DNA of 64,000 nucleotides from positions 531 to 64,530 of the forward strand of contig CAMSQA010000007.1 in the NCBI GenBank assembly GCA_947062475.1, read 5' to 3'. Positions within the stretch are counted from its first letter, which is position 1. Every line of letters starts with the position of its first letter. The notes under the pieces are model-generated. The model was not told the DNA's origin. It saw only the letters and a program-made list of their open reading frames with translations, and did no database searches. Both the position numbers and the translations under genes were made by a program. This document shows positions 53,427-62,448 of this stretch, piece after piece. Origin of the DNA: an uncultured Clostridia bacterium. GTDB taxonomy: Bacteria > Bacillota > Clostridia > Christensenellales > UBA1242.

Positions 53427-53852
53427 ATGGAATGGTACAACTATATAGGTTTGGTTTTTGTTGTTTTGTTATTGATTCCAAACATCATTTTTGTGATTAA
53501 AAATAAAAACGAGCAGAAACAACCAAATAAAAGATTTTTGGAAATTTTTGAGCAGATTGGAAGATATGGCTCAATGTTGTTTATGATTTTCAACATTCCA
53601 TATACATTCTGGGGATTTTATTTTGCATATGCACAAATCGTTTACATTGCAATAAATTCGGCATTGATGCTTGCGTATTATATATTTTGGATTATTTTTT
53701 GGAAGAGAGATTGTTTGACAAAATCATTGTTGCTTTCAATCATTCCATCAATTTTGTTTCTTTTATCAGGCATATTGATAGCAAGCATTCCGCTTATTTT
53801 ATTTGCAATTATATTCGCAATATTTCACATTTGGATTTCGGTTAATGATTAA
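53427..53852 (+). CDS. hypothetical four-TM membrane protein
   Basis: MEWYNYIGLVFVVLLLIPNIIF... 141 aa with four hydrophobic helices. No family recognised. Confidence 0.55.
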   Translation: MEWYNYIGLVFVVLLLIPNIIFVIKNKNEQKQPNKRFLEIFEQIGRYGSMLFMIFNIPYTFWGFYFAYAQIVYIAINSALMLAYYIFWIIFWKRDCLTKSLLLSIIPSILFLLSGILIASIPLILFAIIFAIFHIWISVND

Positions 53853-53856
53853 AAAA

Positions 53857-53887
53857 CAATCACGAGCAAAGTTTCGTGATTTTTTAT
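53857..53887 (+). terminator. terminator; its hairpin is paralogous to the hairpin at 53353-53378
   Basis: CAATCACG-AGCAAAGTTT-CGTGATTTTTTTATT. A related CAATCACG-GGCAAAGGTT-CGTGATTG precedes the gene. Confidence 0.7.
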
Positions 53888-54330
53888 TGCTAAAAATAAA
53901 AAATAAAGGGAGAATAAGAAAATGGCAGTTTTAGACCAATTTAGATTAAAGGTTGACAACAATGATGTTTACAATAAAAATAAAACAGTAAAGGGTTAAA
54001 AACTTTGATAAAAAATTTGAACTATTTTGATTTTTATGCTAAAATTTAGTTGTCGCGAAATATCAAAGATATAAAACTAAGGCCTTGGTGACGCTTCGCT
54101 CTACAAAATACTTCCTCGCTCACTTGTTATATAGTGCAAGCACAATCACAGTTCGACTCGTCGCATTATCAAAACTGAAAAATATCTGACGATATAAACT
54201 GCGTTCACTCACGCAAAGTCTTGCAAAAGTGCAACTTTGGTTCATTCACTTGTTTATCAAAAAAAAGACTTTGTTGTTTGTTGACACAACTTATACACTA
54301 AAAAGTCTTTATTAATAAAAGGTGAAATTT

Positions 54331-54918
54331 ATGAATGAAATTCCAAGAAATGTCCCTTATTTTAAAAAGATGTTTTCTCCAAGCTTTGAAAAATGGATAA
54401 ATGGAGAAGTTCAGGGCAACAGCAGTGGAAATGGTGCAATGATGAGAATTTCGCCTGTTGGAGAAATGTTTAATACAAAAGAGGAAGTATTAAAAAATGT
54501 TTATGAGGCAACAGTGCCTTCACATAATAGTCAAGAGGAGGTCAGTTGTGCTGGTATAATTGCGTTGATTATATTTTATGCTAGTCGAGGCGTGAAAAAA
54601 GAGGAGATAATAAAGCTTTTAAACCTCAACATTAAAAAACCTAAAATTGATAAGTTTAATTATCTTTGCGCTGACACGATTGATGTTTGCCTTTATTCAC
54701 TTTTTAAGGCGGAAAGTTTTGAAGAGAGTATTAAACTTGCAATATCGTTTGGTGGCGATACAGATACAAATGCATGCATTGTTGGTGGAATGGCAGAGGC
54801 AATGTATGGAATTGATGAAAATTTAAAAATACAGGTAATAAAAAAATTGCCAAAAGAATTTATTGATATAATCAATAGGTTTGAGAGGGTAAAAGAAGAA
54901 CAAAAAAAACTATATTAG
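54331..54918 (+). CDS. ADP-ribosylglycohydrolase-family protein lacking the N-terminal ~80-90 aa (possible gene remnant)
   Basis: Contains the mid-protein GNGAMMRISPVG and C-terminal FGGDTDTNACIVGGMAEAMYG motifs. The N-terminal metal-binding segment of the family is missing. Upstream DNA is the repeat module. Confidence 0.6.
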   Translation: MNEIPRNVPYFKKMFSPSFEKWINGEVQGNSSGNGAMMRISPVGEMFNTKEEVLKNVYEATVPSHNSQEEVSCAGIIALIIFYASRGVKKEEIIKLLNLNIKKPKIDKFNYLCADTIDVCLYSLFKAESFEESIKLAISFGGDTDTNACIVGGMAEAMYGIDENLKIQVIKKLPKEFIDIINRFERVKEEQKKLY

Positions 54919-54946
54919 GAATATGAAAATAAAAAGGAAAAGTAAA

Positions 54947-55585
54947 ATGAGAATAGGAATTGATATTGATGGTGTTTTGACAGATTTGGATAGATTTCAA
55001 TTTGATTATTTCAGCAAATTCTGTGTTGATAATAAAATACCATATAAAATTACCAAAAGTGACTATGATATCTCAGTTTCATTTGGTCTTTCTGACAAGC
55101 AAGAGAATCTTTTTTGGGATAAATATTTAGATTTTTATGCAAATGAGGAAAAAGCGAGGGATTTTTCTTCAGAGGTTATCAAAAAACTAAAAGATGAAGG
55201 ATATGAAATTTATATCATCACTGCCAGATGGTTGACAAATAGAAAGGATGATGCCATAGGTGAAAAAATGAGAAAAACTGTCAAAGACTGGCTGAAACGA
55301 AATGACATTGTCTATGACAAATTAATTTTTTCTAATGCAGCTAAAGAGAGAAAAATTGATGAAATAAAAAAATATAAAGTTGATGTCATGATAGAAGACA
55401 GCCCAAACAACATAAGAGAATTGTCAAAACATATTCCTATAATTTGTTATGATGCTTCTTATAATAAAGATTGCAGAGGCAAAAATATTTTTAGATGTTA
55501 TAGCTGGTATGACATATATAAAAATATCCATCAGTTTGAAAATAGTTTTGCAGATGACCAAGATTGTTTTGATAGAGATTTGTAA
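54947..55585 (+). CDS. HAD-superfamily 5'(3')-deoxyribonucleotidase-like (NT5C-type) phosphatase
   Basis: Motif I IGIDIDGVLTD, then ITARW and a later MIEDSPNN. 212 aa from ATG 54947. Confidence 0.6.
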   Translation: MRIGIDIDGVLTDLDRFQFDYFSKFCVDNKIPYKITKSDYDISVSFGLSDKQENLFWDKYLDFYANEEKARDFSSEVIKKLKDEGYEIYIITARWLTNRKDDAIGEKMRKTVKDWLKRNDIVYDKLIFSNAAKERKIDEIKKYKVDVMIEDSPNNIRELSKHIPIICYDASYNKDCRGKNIFRCYSWYDIYKNIHQFENSFADDQDCFDRDL

Positions 55586-55668
55586 TAAAAAAAGATGCAA
55601 GTAATAGCATCTTTTTTAATATTTAATAAAAAATTAAGTTTTTTTTTAAGAAAATTACTCATTTTTTA

Positions 55669-56214
55669 TTAATTTTTTATATATTTTCTGATTTTCTTTT
55701 TAATTATTCTATGAAGTTTTTCAATGTTTTTATTAGTATTAATCTTTATAAGTGGTGCATTACAAGAAGATATGACCATTCTTTGAGATTTTTTGCTTCT
55801 TATATCATCACCAAGCTTATTGTAGCTTTTTGCAATTTTTAAAAACTCAAGGAAGTTTTGTCTGACTGTTTCATCCTGCTGCAAGCTATATCTTCCCTTT
55901 TCTTCATCTCTTTTTAAAATACGTTTAAGTCTTACTTTTGTAGGGCATTTAAGATATATGATAAGGTCAATATATTCAAAAGTCACTGGGTTTGAATGAA
56001 GAGAGCCTGTTATTATCAAATTTTTTGCTTGTCTTATCTTTTCAAGTAATAGTTTGTTGCTCTCTTCAATAGGTCTCATTACCTGAAATTCAGGAATGGT
56101 CTGTTCCCATTTATAAAAATCGCTTTCTATAATATCAAATCCTAGTTCTTTGCTTAAATATTCACCAATACTAGATGTCCCGCTGCCGCTTGCACCCATA
56201 ATATGTATTATCAT
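55669..56214 (-). CDS. adenylate-kinase-fold P-loop protein (FlaR/topology-modulation-like) with an atypical Walker A
   Basis: IIHIMGASGSGTSSIGEYL (Thr where the Walker A Lys is expected), LIITGSL...IDLIIYLKCPTKVRLKRILKRD. Last gene of the pncB-containing transcription unit. Confidence 0.55.
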   Translation of the reverse strand: MIIHIMGASGSGTSSIGEYLSKELGFDIIESDFYKWEQTIPEFQVMRPIEESNKLLLEKIRQAKNLIITGSLHSNPVTFEYIDLIIYLKCPTKVRLKRILKRDEEKGRYSLQQDETVRQNFLEFLKIAKSYNKLGDDIRSKKSQRMVISSCNAPLIKINTNKNIEKLHRIIKKKIRKYIKN

Positions 56215-56243
56215 CTGTTTTTCCTCATTTTTTACTTAAATTT

Positions 56244-57731
56244 TTAATAATTTTCAATATTTTCTATGTTGTGATTGACTTTTTTGTTATTTTTACTTCC
56301 TTTATTATGTTCTTCAAGCAAACGTTCTTTAAGTTCTGCAAGGGCAGGGCTGAGGTTGATAGTGATAGTTTGAGCATTTGTAAGTCTCAAATTTTCCTCT
56401 CTCAAAGTCTCTATTTGTTTTGCCACGTATTCGCGTTTTTCAGCAGGTGTTTTGAAGTCATAAATTATTTTTCCATCTTCCATCATTTTATGTTTTATTT
56501 TAACAGGAGTGTAATCTGTAACGGTTGTGACTTTCCATGTAGAATTTGGGTCGTTTATGTCGATTGCTCCCTTTTTTACTTTTTCGCCATAAAGTTTTAC
56601 TACATCCGTGAGAATTTTTCCATCTTTGTCATAAAGACGAACGATATCTTTAAAGCCAGGATTTGTCACTTTTTCAATGTTGTCAGAAATCTTGATTTTT
56701 GGAACAAGTGCACCTTTTTCATTTTCGAGGGCAGTGAGTTTGTATACTCCGCCAAAAACAGGTTCTGATTTAGCAGTGATTAAATTTTCACCAACACCAA
56801 AGGTATCAATTGGAGCACCTTGTTTAAGAAGTTCTGAAATAAGATATTCATCAAGTGAGTTTGATACACAGATCTTAGTATCAAACATTCCTGCTTCATC
56901 AAACATTTTTCTTGCCTGTTTTGAAAGATATGCAAGATCACCGCTATCAATTCTTATTCCAGCCAATTTTTTGCCCATAGGTTCAAGCACCTCTTTGGCT
57001 ACTCTTATCGCGTTTGGCACTCCGCTTCCCAAAGTGTCATAGGTGTCGACAAGGAAGGTAGCGTTGTTTGGGAAAGAAAGTGCATAAGCCTTAAATGCTT
57101 CGTATTCATTGTCAAAGCTTTGAATATAGCTGTGAGCCATTGTTCCCAAAACTGGCACTCCGAATTGCATTCCAGTCATTGTGCAGGCAGTGCCTACAGC
57201 CCCGCCAATATAGGCATCAAGTGCTCCTTCGTTTGCAGCAGATTCTCCGTGTGCTCTTCTTGTGCCAAATTCCATAATTGCACGTCCTTGTGCGGCACGA
57301 ACAATTCTGTTTGTCTTGCTTGTCACAAGTGAAGAACGATTGAGGATTGTAAGCAATTTTGTTTCCACAATTTGAGCTTCAATTATTGGTGCAACGACTG
57401 TAAGAACAGGTTCATTAGGGAAGGTGACTGTCCCGTCTTGAACGGCATAAACATCTCCTGTAAATTTGATAGTTGAAAGATAGTCAAGATAGTCATTTGT
57501 GAAAAGATTAAGACTTCTTAGATATTCAATTTCATCTTTATCAAATTTAAAATCTCTTAAAAATTCGACAGCTGCTTGGACATTTCCTGCAAGTGCAAAG
57601 GCTGATTTGTCAGGACATCTTCTATAAAAGAGGTCAAAACATGCCTTTTTATTCTCCATTCCTTGATTGAAATAAGCTTGCCCCATAGTAAGTTCATAAA
57701 AATCGATTAACATATTATTTTTGTTGTTCAT
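56244..57731 (-). CDS. pncB: nicotinate phosphoribosyltransferase
   Basis: MLIDFYELTMGQAYF, FGTRRAHG and GTMAHSYIQSF motifs of NAPRTase. ATG 57731. Confidence 0.9.
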   Translation of the reverse strand: MNNKNNMLIDFYELTMGQAYFNQGMENKKACFDLFYRRCPDKSAFALAGNVQAAVEFLRDFKFDKDEIEYLRSLNLFTNDYLDYLSTIKFTGDVYAVQDGTVTFPNEPVLTVVAPIIEAQIVETKLLTILNRSSLVTSKTNRIVRAAQGRAIMEFGTRRAHGESAANEGALDAYIGGAVGTACTMTGMQFGVPVLGTMAHSYIQSFDNEYEAFKAYALSFPNNATFLVDTYDTLGSGVPNAIRVAKEVLEPMGKKLAGIRIDSGDLAYLSKQARKMFDEAGMFDTKICVSNSLDEYLISELLKQGAPIDTFGVGENLITAKSEPVFGGVYKLTALENEKGALVPKIKISDNIEKVTNPGFKDIVRLYDKDGKILTDVVKLYGEKVKKGAIDINDPNSTWKVTTVTDYTPVKIKHKMMEDGKIIYDFKTPAEKREYVAKQIETLREENLRLTNAQTITINLSPALAELKERLLEEHNKGSKNNKKVNHNIENIENY

Positions 57732-58242
57732 AATTTTTCTCCTTTTCCATCTCATTTAAAATTTCTTCATAACCTTCAGCGATGACGTATTTTAAATAAT
57801 CTCTTTTTGTTCTGATATCTGTGCCATGCACAGCAATTTTATCACGATCAATTGAAATAAATTCGCACTCAGGAAAATATTTTTCATTCAATTGACGATA
57901 ACTCTCGTCTGCATACTTTGCAGTAATTTTATCTTTTACCACTTCTTTAAAGCGTTTAGACCATTCTTCAAGTCCTTCTGGAAAACTTTTAAGTCCACTT
58001 TCATCAAGAAAGATAAATTTTATATTTTTATTGTTTTGATAGTGCTTTTTCAGCCAACTAATTCGCTGAGCTGGCGTAAAGTAGGGGAATCCACTTTCTT
58101 TGCATTTATTTATTGACTTTATCGGGGCTTCAGAAAGCACAACGACTACCTTTTCACATTCTTTTATGGCTTTGTCAATCACACTAAGATGTCCAATATG
58201 TGGTGGCAGAAACTTTCCAACAAAACATCCTATTTTTTTCAT
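57715..58242 (-). CDS. nicotinate/nicotinamide mononucleotide adenylyltransferase (cytidylyltransferase fold, NadR/NadM-like)
   Basis: GCFVGKFLPPHIGHLSVIDKA ((T/H)xGH motif). ATG 58242 has AGAGGA upstream. 17-nt overlap with pncB. Confidence 0.7.
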   Translation of the reverse strand: MKKIGCFVGKFLPPHIGHLSVIDKAIKECEKVVVVLSEAPIKSINKCKESGFPYFTPAQRISWLKKHYQNNKNIKFIFLDESGLKSFPEGLEEWSKRFKEVVKDKITAKYADESYRQLNEKYFPECEFISIDRDKIAVHGTDIRTKRDYLKYVIAEGYEEILNEMEKEKNYEQQK

Positions 58243-58255
58243 AAGTTTATCCTCT

Positions 58256-59458
58256 TTATCTTTCCTGTTCTTCATTATAAAGAAAGTTTTCAATTTCTTT
58301 ATCTTCATATTCTTGAATTTTCTTCTCAAGTTTTTTGATTTTTTGCTTATAAAGGAAATTTCTTAGTCCATATTTGCTTCGAACTCCAAATTTCTCGTTA
58401 TCAAGCAAATTTTCAAGTTCACCAATTTTGACAGGCACAACTTCAATATTTTCATTTCCTGTAAGGTGCTGCTGTCCAGTCAAAGTGACTTCAGCTTCAT
58501 AGAGTTCTGCTTTTTCATCTGTCATTCCAAGAGAAGAATAGGTTGCACTCTCAGCGAGTTTAATATGTTTGACTTTGGCACCAATTTCTTCATCAAGTTC
58601 TCTTATCGCACTTGTCATGCTGTCCTCACCTTCGTCAACAAGCCCTGCAGGCAAGCCATAAACAAAGTCACCAATTGCACGCTTAAATTCTTTAATAAGA
58701 TAAACAACCATTGACCCTTGAACATAAGAATAAGGTATCATATGCACTGCATCTGGCTTGAGAGTAGGCTGAACAATTTCAGGCAGTTTGCGTCTTGTCA
58801 CCATTTCATACTTGATTAATCCATTTTCGCCCTCATAGGTCACTTCAAACATGTTTAAAAACTTTCGGTCAGTCAATTTCTTTACACTAATAGGCTTAAT
58901 TGCATTATTATAAGCAATAGAAACGCCAATTTCTTCAAGTTCTTTCAATGTCTGGGCATTTATTTTGTCGGCATCATGATTTGGAGCATTGAAAGTGTCA
59001 ACACTGTTTTCTGAAATATGAATTTTTGTATCAATTTTATTTTCAGCAAAATATTTGACTAAGCTTTGGGTGAGAGCACTTACACATATGTCAGTGCAAC
59101 ATCCAGTAATTTCAATATTATCAAATCTATTGTTTTCTAATATTGTTTTCATCATATTTGTATTAAAACCATTTGTTGTGTTTTTGTTTATGACAAGCAT
59201 TTGATTTTCATAAGGTTTAAGTTCTTTCACAAGCTCGCACTCATTACTGCCAATTACGCAGTGAGGTGGAAATAACTTAAATTCTTCGTCATTTTCTTCA
59301 TGCGTATCCTTAAAAGCAATAATCATATCACCATTTTCTTTTGCTCTTTCCAGCTTTCTGACAATCGATGGAATTATTGTATTTATTCGCATATCCGCTA
59401 AAGCTCCTTCATTTATAAATCCATTTACCATATCAACTACAATTAATAAATTTTTCAT
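58256..59458 (-). CDS. fusion protein: nicotinamidase-type cysteine hydrolase (PncA-like) + Nudix hydrolase (ADP-ribose pyrophosphatase-like)
   Basis: N-terminal half carries VVDMVNGF, NKNTTNGF and TGCCTDICV (isochorismatase-fold Asp/Lys/Cys). C-terminal half carries the Nudix box GLVDEGEDSMTSAIRELDEEIGA. 400 aa. Confidence 0.8.
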   Translation of the reverse strand: MKNLLIVVDMVNGFINEGALADMRINTIIPSIVRKLERAKENGDMIIAFKDTHEENDEEFKLFPPHCVIGSNECELVKELKPYENQMLVINKNTTNGFNTNMMKTILENNRFDNIEITGCCTDICVSALTQSLVKYFAENKIDTKIHISENSVDTFNAPNHDADKINAQTLKELEEIGVSIAYNNAIKPISVKKLTDRKFLNMFEVTYEGENGLIKYEMVTRRKLPEIVQPTLKPDAVHMIPYSYVQGSMVVYLIKEFKRAIGDFVYGLPAGLVDEGEDSMTSAIRELDEEIGAKVKHIKLAESATYSSLGMTDEKAELYEAEVTLTGQQHLTGNENIEVVPVKIGELENLLDNEKFGVRSKYGLRNFLYKQKIKKLEKKIQEYEDKEIENFLYNEEQER

Positions 59459-59486
59459 TTTATCCTCCTAAAAATATGTATATGTT

Positions 59487-59581
59487 TGATATCATCACTT
59501 TGATAATATCATAATTAAAATAATTTGTCAACTATTTTTTTAAAATTTCTTGACAAAATATTACCAATGTGATAATATCAC
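59487..59581. promoter_or_regulatory. divergent consensus promoters, each overlapped by a TGATA-A-TATCA palindrome (candidate NrtR operators)
   Basis: Plus strand: TTGACA 59550-59555, 17 nt, TGaTAATAT, with GTGATAATATCAC at 59569-59581 over the -10. Minus strand: TTGACA 59531-59526, 17 nt, TGaTATTAT, with TGATAATATCA at 59501-59511 over the -10. An extra TGATATCA lies at 59487-59494. Confidence 0.6.
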
Positions 59582-59599
59582 GATTGAAAGGAGAATATT

Positions 59600-60367
59600 A
59601 TGGATAAAAAAGAAATAGAAAACATTAAATTATGGATAAAGGATTATGTAAAAAGTGCACATGCAAACGGTGTCGTTCTTGGGATGAGCGGGGGAAAGGA
59701 TAGTTTAATCACTGCAAAACTTTGCGTTGATGCTTTAGGAAAAGATAAAGTGCTTGGCGTGATAATGCCTAATGGGGAAATGAAGGACTGCCAAGTGGCT
59801 ATAGAAAGCTGTCAGCTTTTAGAAATAAGGTATTATAATATAAATATAAACAATTTATATAATGATATAATAGACAATATTTTACCTATACTTAAAAAAG
59901 AAGATAAACCTCTCAGTACCATCACTACTTTCAATGTTCCACCAAGACTTAGAATGGTATCTCTATATGCAATAGCAGGAAGTCTAGGCTATCTTGTTGC
60001 AAATACCTCAAATCTCTCTGAAACAATGGTTGGTTATACAACTAAATGGGGAGACAATGTGGGTGATTTTGCAGTGCTTGCAAATTATACAAAAGACGAA
60101 GTATGCAAACTTGGGCTTTTGCTTGGTTTGCCTGAAGAGCTTGTCAACAAAGTGCCAGACGATGGTTTAACAGGAAAAACTGACGAGGATAAGCTTGGAT
60201 TTTCATATAATGAACTTGACACTTATATAAGAAAGGGCAAAAAGGGAGAAAAATTCGATCTTATTTCAAAAATGCACAGATTATCAGAGCATAAAAGAGT
60301 AGGAGCTGCAAAGTTTCCAAACGAAACAAAGAATTATTTTTATGAAAATGATGAAATTGAATTGTAA
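59600..60367 (+). CDS. nadE: NH3-dependent NAD+ synthetase
   Basis: PP-loop VVLGMSGGKDSLITAKL. 255 aa with no glutaminase domain. Confidence 0.9.
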   Translation: MDKKEIENIKLWIKDYVKSAHANGVVLGMSGGKDSLITAKLCVDALGKDKVLGVIMPNGEMKDCQVAIESCQLLEIRYYNININNLYNDIIDNILPILKKEDKPLSTITTFNVPPRLRMVSLYAIAGSLGYLVANTSNLSETMVGYTTKWGDNVGDFAVLANYTKDEVCKLGLLLGLPEELVNKVPDDGLTGKTDEDKLGFSYNELDTYIRKGKKGEKFDLISKMHRLSEHKRVGAAKFPNETKNYFYENDEIEL

Positions 60368-60421
60368 AATTATGTTAAATATATTAATATAATATAAATT
60401 AAATTTATTTTGAGGTGACTA

Positions 60422-61291
60422 ATGCAGATTTCCAATGAAGAAAAAAAATTTTTAGAATTATATTCTGACAGTAACTATAAAAAACCTTCAGTGACAGTAG
60501 ATGCAGTAATTTTAAGAATGATAGACAAAGAGAGTGACAATTATCGAAAATTGCCTGAAAAAAAATTGCAGGTATTTTTGACTCACCGAAATTATCCACC
60601 TTTTAAAGATTATTATGCTGCTGTCGGCACTTTTATTGATTTAAACAATACTCTTGAAGAAACATTAGATTTGTGTGTGCTTAATAAGGTTTCTTTGACT
60701 AATTTTTATAAAGAACAACTTTTCACCTTCGGTGACAAACAAAGAGACCCAAGAACTCGTGTATTGTCAGTCAGCTATATGCTTTTGACAAACAGAAATG
60801 AAAATCTTGAAAATGGAAAGTGGTTTGATATTGAAATAGAGGAAAAAAAATCAACAACAGAAGTTTCAAGTGAAGGATATCAAGTGGAAAAGGATATCAC
60901 AATTATTCTTTCAAACGGTGAAAAAGTTTTAAATAATCAATTGAAACTTAAGATAAAAAGCAGTGGCATCAAAATGGAAAAAGAGCTTGAAATCCTTTCT
61001 TCAGAGCTTGCTTTTGACCATATAAAACTTATATACTATGCTCTTGAAAGACTTAAAAATAAGCTTGAATATACCGATATAGCTTTTAATCTTCTTCCAG
61101 ACAAATTTACTTTGACAGAACTTAAAAATTGCTATGAGGAAATTTTGGGAACAAAACTCTTAGATGCAAATTTCAGAAGAAAAACTGCTGACCTTGTTTG
61201 TCCACTTAATGAATATACTTCTGACAAAGGACACAGACCTTCACAGCTTTTTAAACATAATCCAAACTGGGACAGAAAGATAAATTATTAA
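60422..61291 (+). CDS. nrtR: Nudix-related transcriptional regulator NrtR-like
   Basis: N-terminal Nudix-fold with a degenerate Nudix box (GTFIDLNNTLEETLDLCVLNKV). C-terminal winged-helix region (LPDKFTLTELKNCYEEILGTKLLDANFRRK). Adjacent to NAD genes. Confidence 0.75.
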   Translation: MQISNEEKKFLELYSDSNYKKPSVTVDAVILRMIDKESDNYRKLPEKKLQVFLTHRNYPPFKDYYAAVGTFIDLNNTLEETLDLCVLNKVSLTNFYKEQLFTFGDKQRDPRTRVLSVSYMLLTNRNENLENGKWFDIEIEEKKSTTEVSSEGYQVEKDITIILSNGEKVLNNQLKLKIKSSGIKMEKELEILSSELAFDHIKLIYYALERLKNKLEYTDIAFNLLPDKFTLTELKNCYEEILGTKLLDANFRRKTADLVCPLNEYTSDKGHRPSQLFKHNPNWDRKINY

Positions 61292-61306
61292 AAAGGATCA
61301 TAAGCG

Positions 61307-62413
61307 ATGAAAACATTAATTTTTTCAATGACATGTGGCGAAGGACACAATACCATTGCAAAAGCAATCAAAAACGCAATCGAAATGAAAGGTGAGCAGT
61401 GTCAGATATGTCAGCTTTATGGTTTTTCTGAGAAAGAAATTGCAAGACAAAACAAAATGTTTTTAAGAGCATGCAAATTCATACCTCATATCTATGGAGC
61501 AGTTTGGAATAGAATGCGTAAAAAACCATTTAAAGGATATATAAATGGTGTGGTGAAAGATTGTTATGATTATGTTCTTGAAAAGATTGAAGCCTATCAG
61601 CCTGATGTTATTGTTTGCACGCATAACAATGCAGGTGCAGTGATAAGCAAGCTAAAAAAAGAGGGAAAACTAAACAAGGTCAAGACTTACAGCATTGTTT
61701 TTGATTATTGCATCTGTCCTTACTGGGAAAGCAACACAAGTATTGACTATATTGTTTTGCCTCATGAGGATATGGAAGATGAGATGCTTGTAAAAGGATT
61801 TAAAGCTGATCAACTTCTGCCTTTTGGTTTGACAGTTGATGAAAAATACACAAAAAAGCTCGATAAAAGAAAGGTTCGAGAAGAGTTGGGGCTTGAGAAA
61901 GATATTTTTACAGTCGTTTTATATAGTGGTGGAAATTGTTTAAGCTCGGCTTATAAACTGATTAAACAACTTGAAAAATGCAAAACACAAATTCAAATTA
62001 TTGCAATTTGTGGCCATAATAAAAAGGAATTTAATAGGATAGAAGAATATATTAAAAAAACTGGCAGAAAAAATATTTTAAATCTGTCATTCTGCGATTA
62101 TTTGGATAAGGTCTTTTCAGCAGGTGATATTGTTTTCTCACGTGGTGGCGGAATGGGTCTGACAGAACAGATTAACAAACACATTCCTTTTGTTCTGCGT
62201 GAAAAACTTATAATTAATGAAAAGATTAATAAATATCTGTTTGCACAGAAGGGGATGGCAATAGCTATGGAAAAGCTTTCTCAAGCAGCAAATATAGTTG
62301 ATACACTTGCCTCTAACTACTCAAAACTTCAAGAAATGATCCGACGCGAAGAAGAATACTGCAAACCAAATGCAACAGAAAATCTTGTAAATCATATTTT
62401 AGAAAACAATTAG
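61307..62413 (+). CDS. MGDG-synthase-family (GT28, UgtP/YpfP-like) diacylglycerol glycosyltransferase
   Basis: N-terminal GEGHNTIAKAI motif and a GT-B C-terminal half (FSRGGGMGLTE). 368 aa. Confidence 0.75.
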   Translation: MKTLIFSMTCGEGHNTIAKAIKNAIEMKGEQCQICQLYGFSEKEIARQNKMFLRACKFIPHIYGAVWNRMRKKPFKGYINGVVKDCYDYVLEKIEAYQPDVIVCTHNNAGAVISKLKKEGKLNKVKTYSIVFDYCICPYWESNTSIDYIVLPHEDMEDEMLVKGFKADQLLPFGLTVDEKYTKKLDKRKVREELGLEKDIFTVVLYSGGNCLSSAYKLIKQLEKCKTQIQIIAICGHNKKEFNRIEEYIKKTGRKNILNLSFCDYLDKVFSAGDIVFSRGGGMGLTEQINKHIPFVLREKLIINEKINKYLFAQKGMAIAMEKLSQAANIVDTLASNYSKLQEMIRREEEYCKPNATENLVNHILENN

Positions 62414-62416
62414 AAT

Positions 62417-62448
62417 GAAAAAACCTCCTTTAAAGGAGGCTTTTTTTT
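62417..62448 (+). terminator. rho-independent terminator
   Basis: AAAAAACCTCCTT-TA-AAGGAGGCTTTTTTTT. Confidence 0.85.

Noticed and set aside
53922-53999. 25-codon ORF with a strong AAAGGGAG SD (MAVLDQFRLKVDNNDVYNKNKTVKG), reminiscent of an F-x-L-x-V lantibiotic-type leader.
   Set aside because: It has no Cys/Ser/Thr-rich core peptide, and no modification, transport or immunity genes are nearby. The resemblance is short and could be chance. I kept it only as a note.
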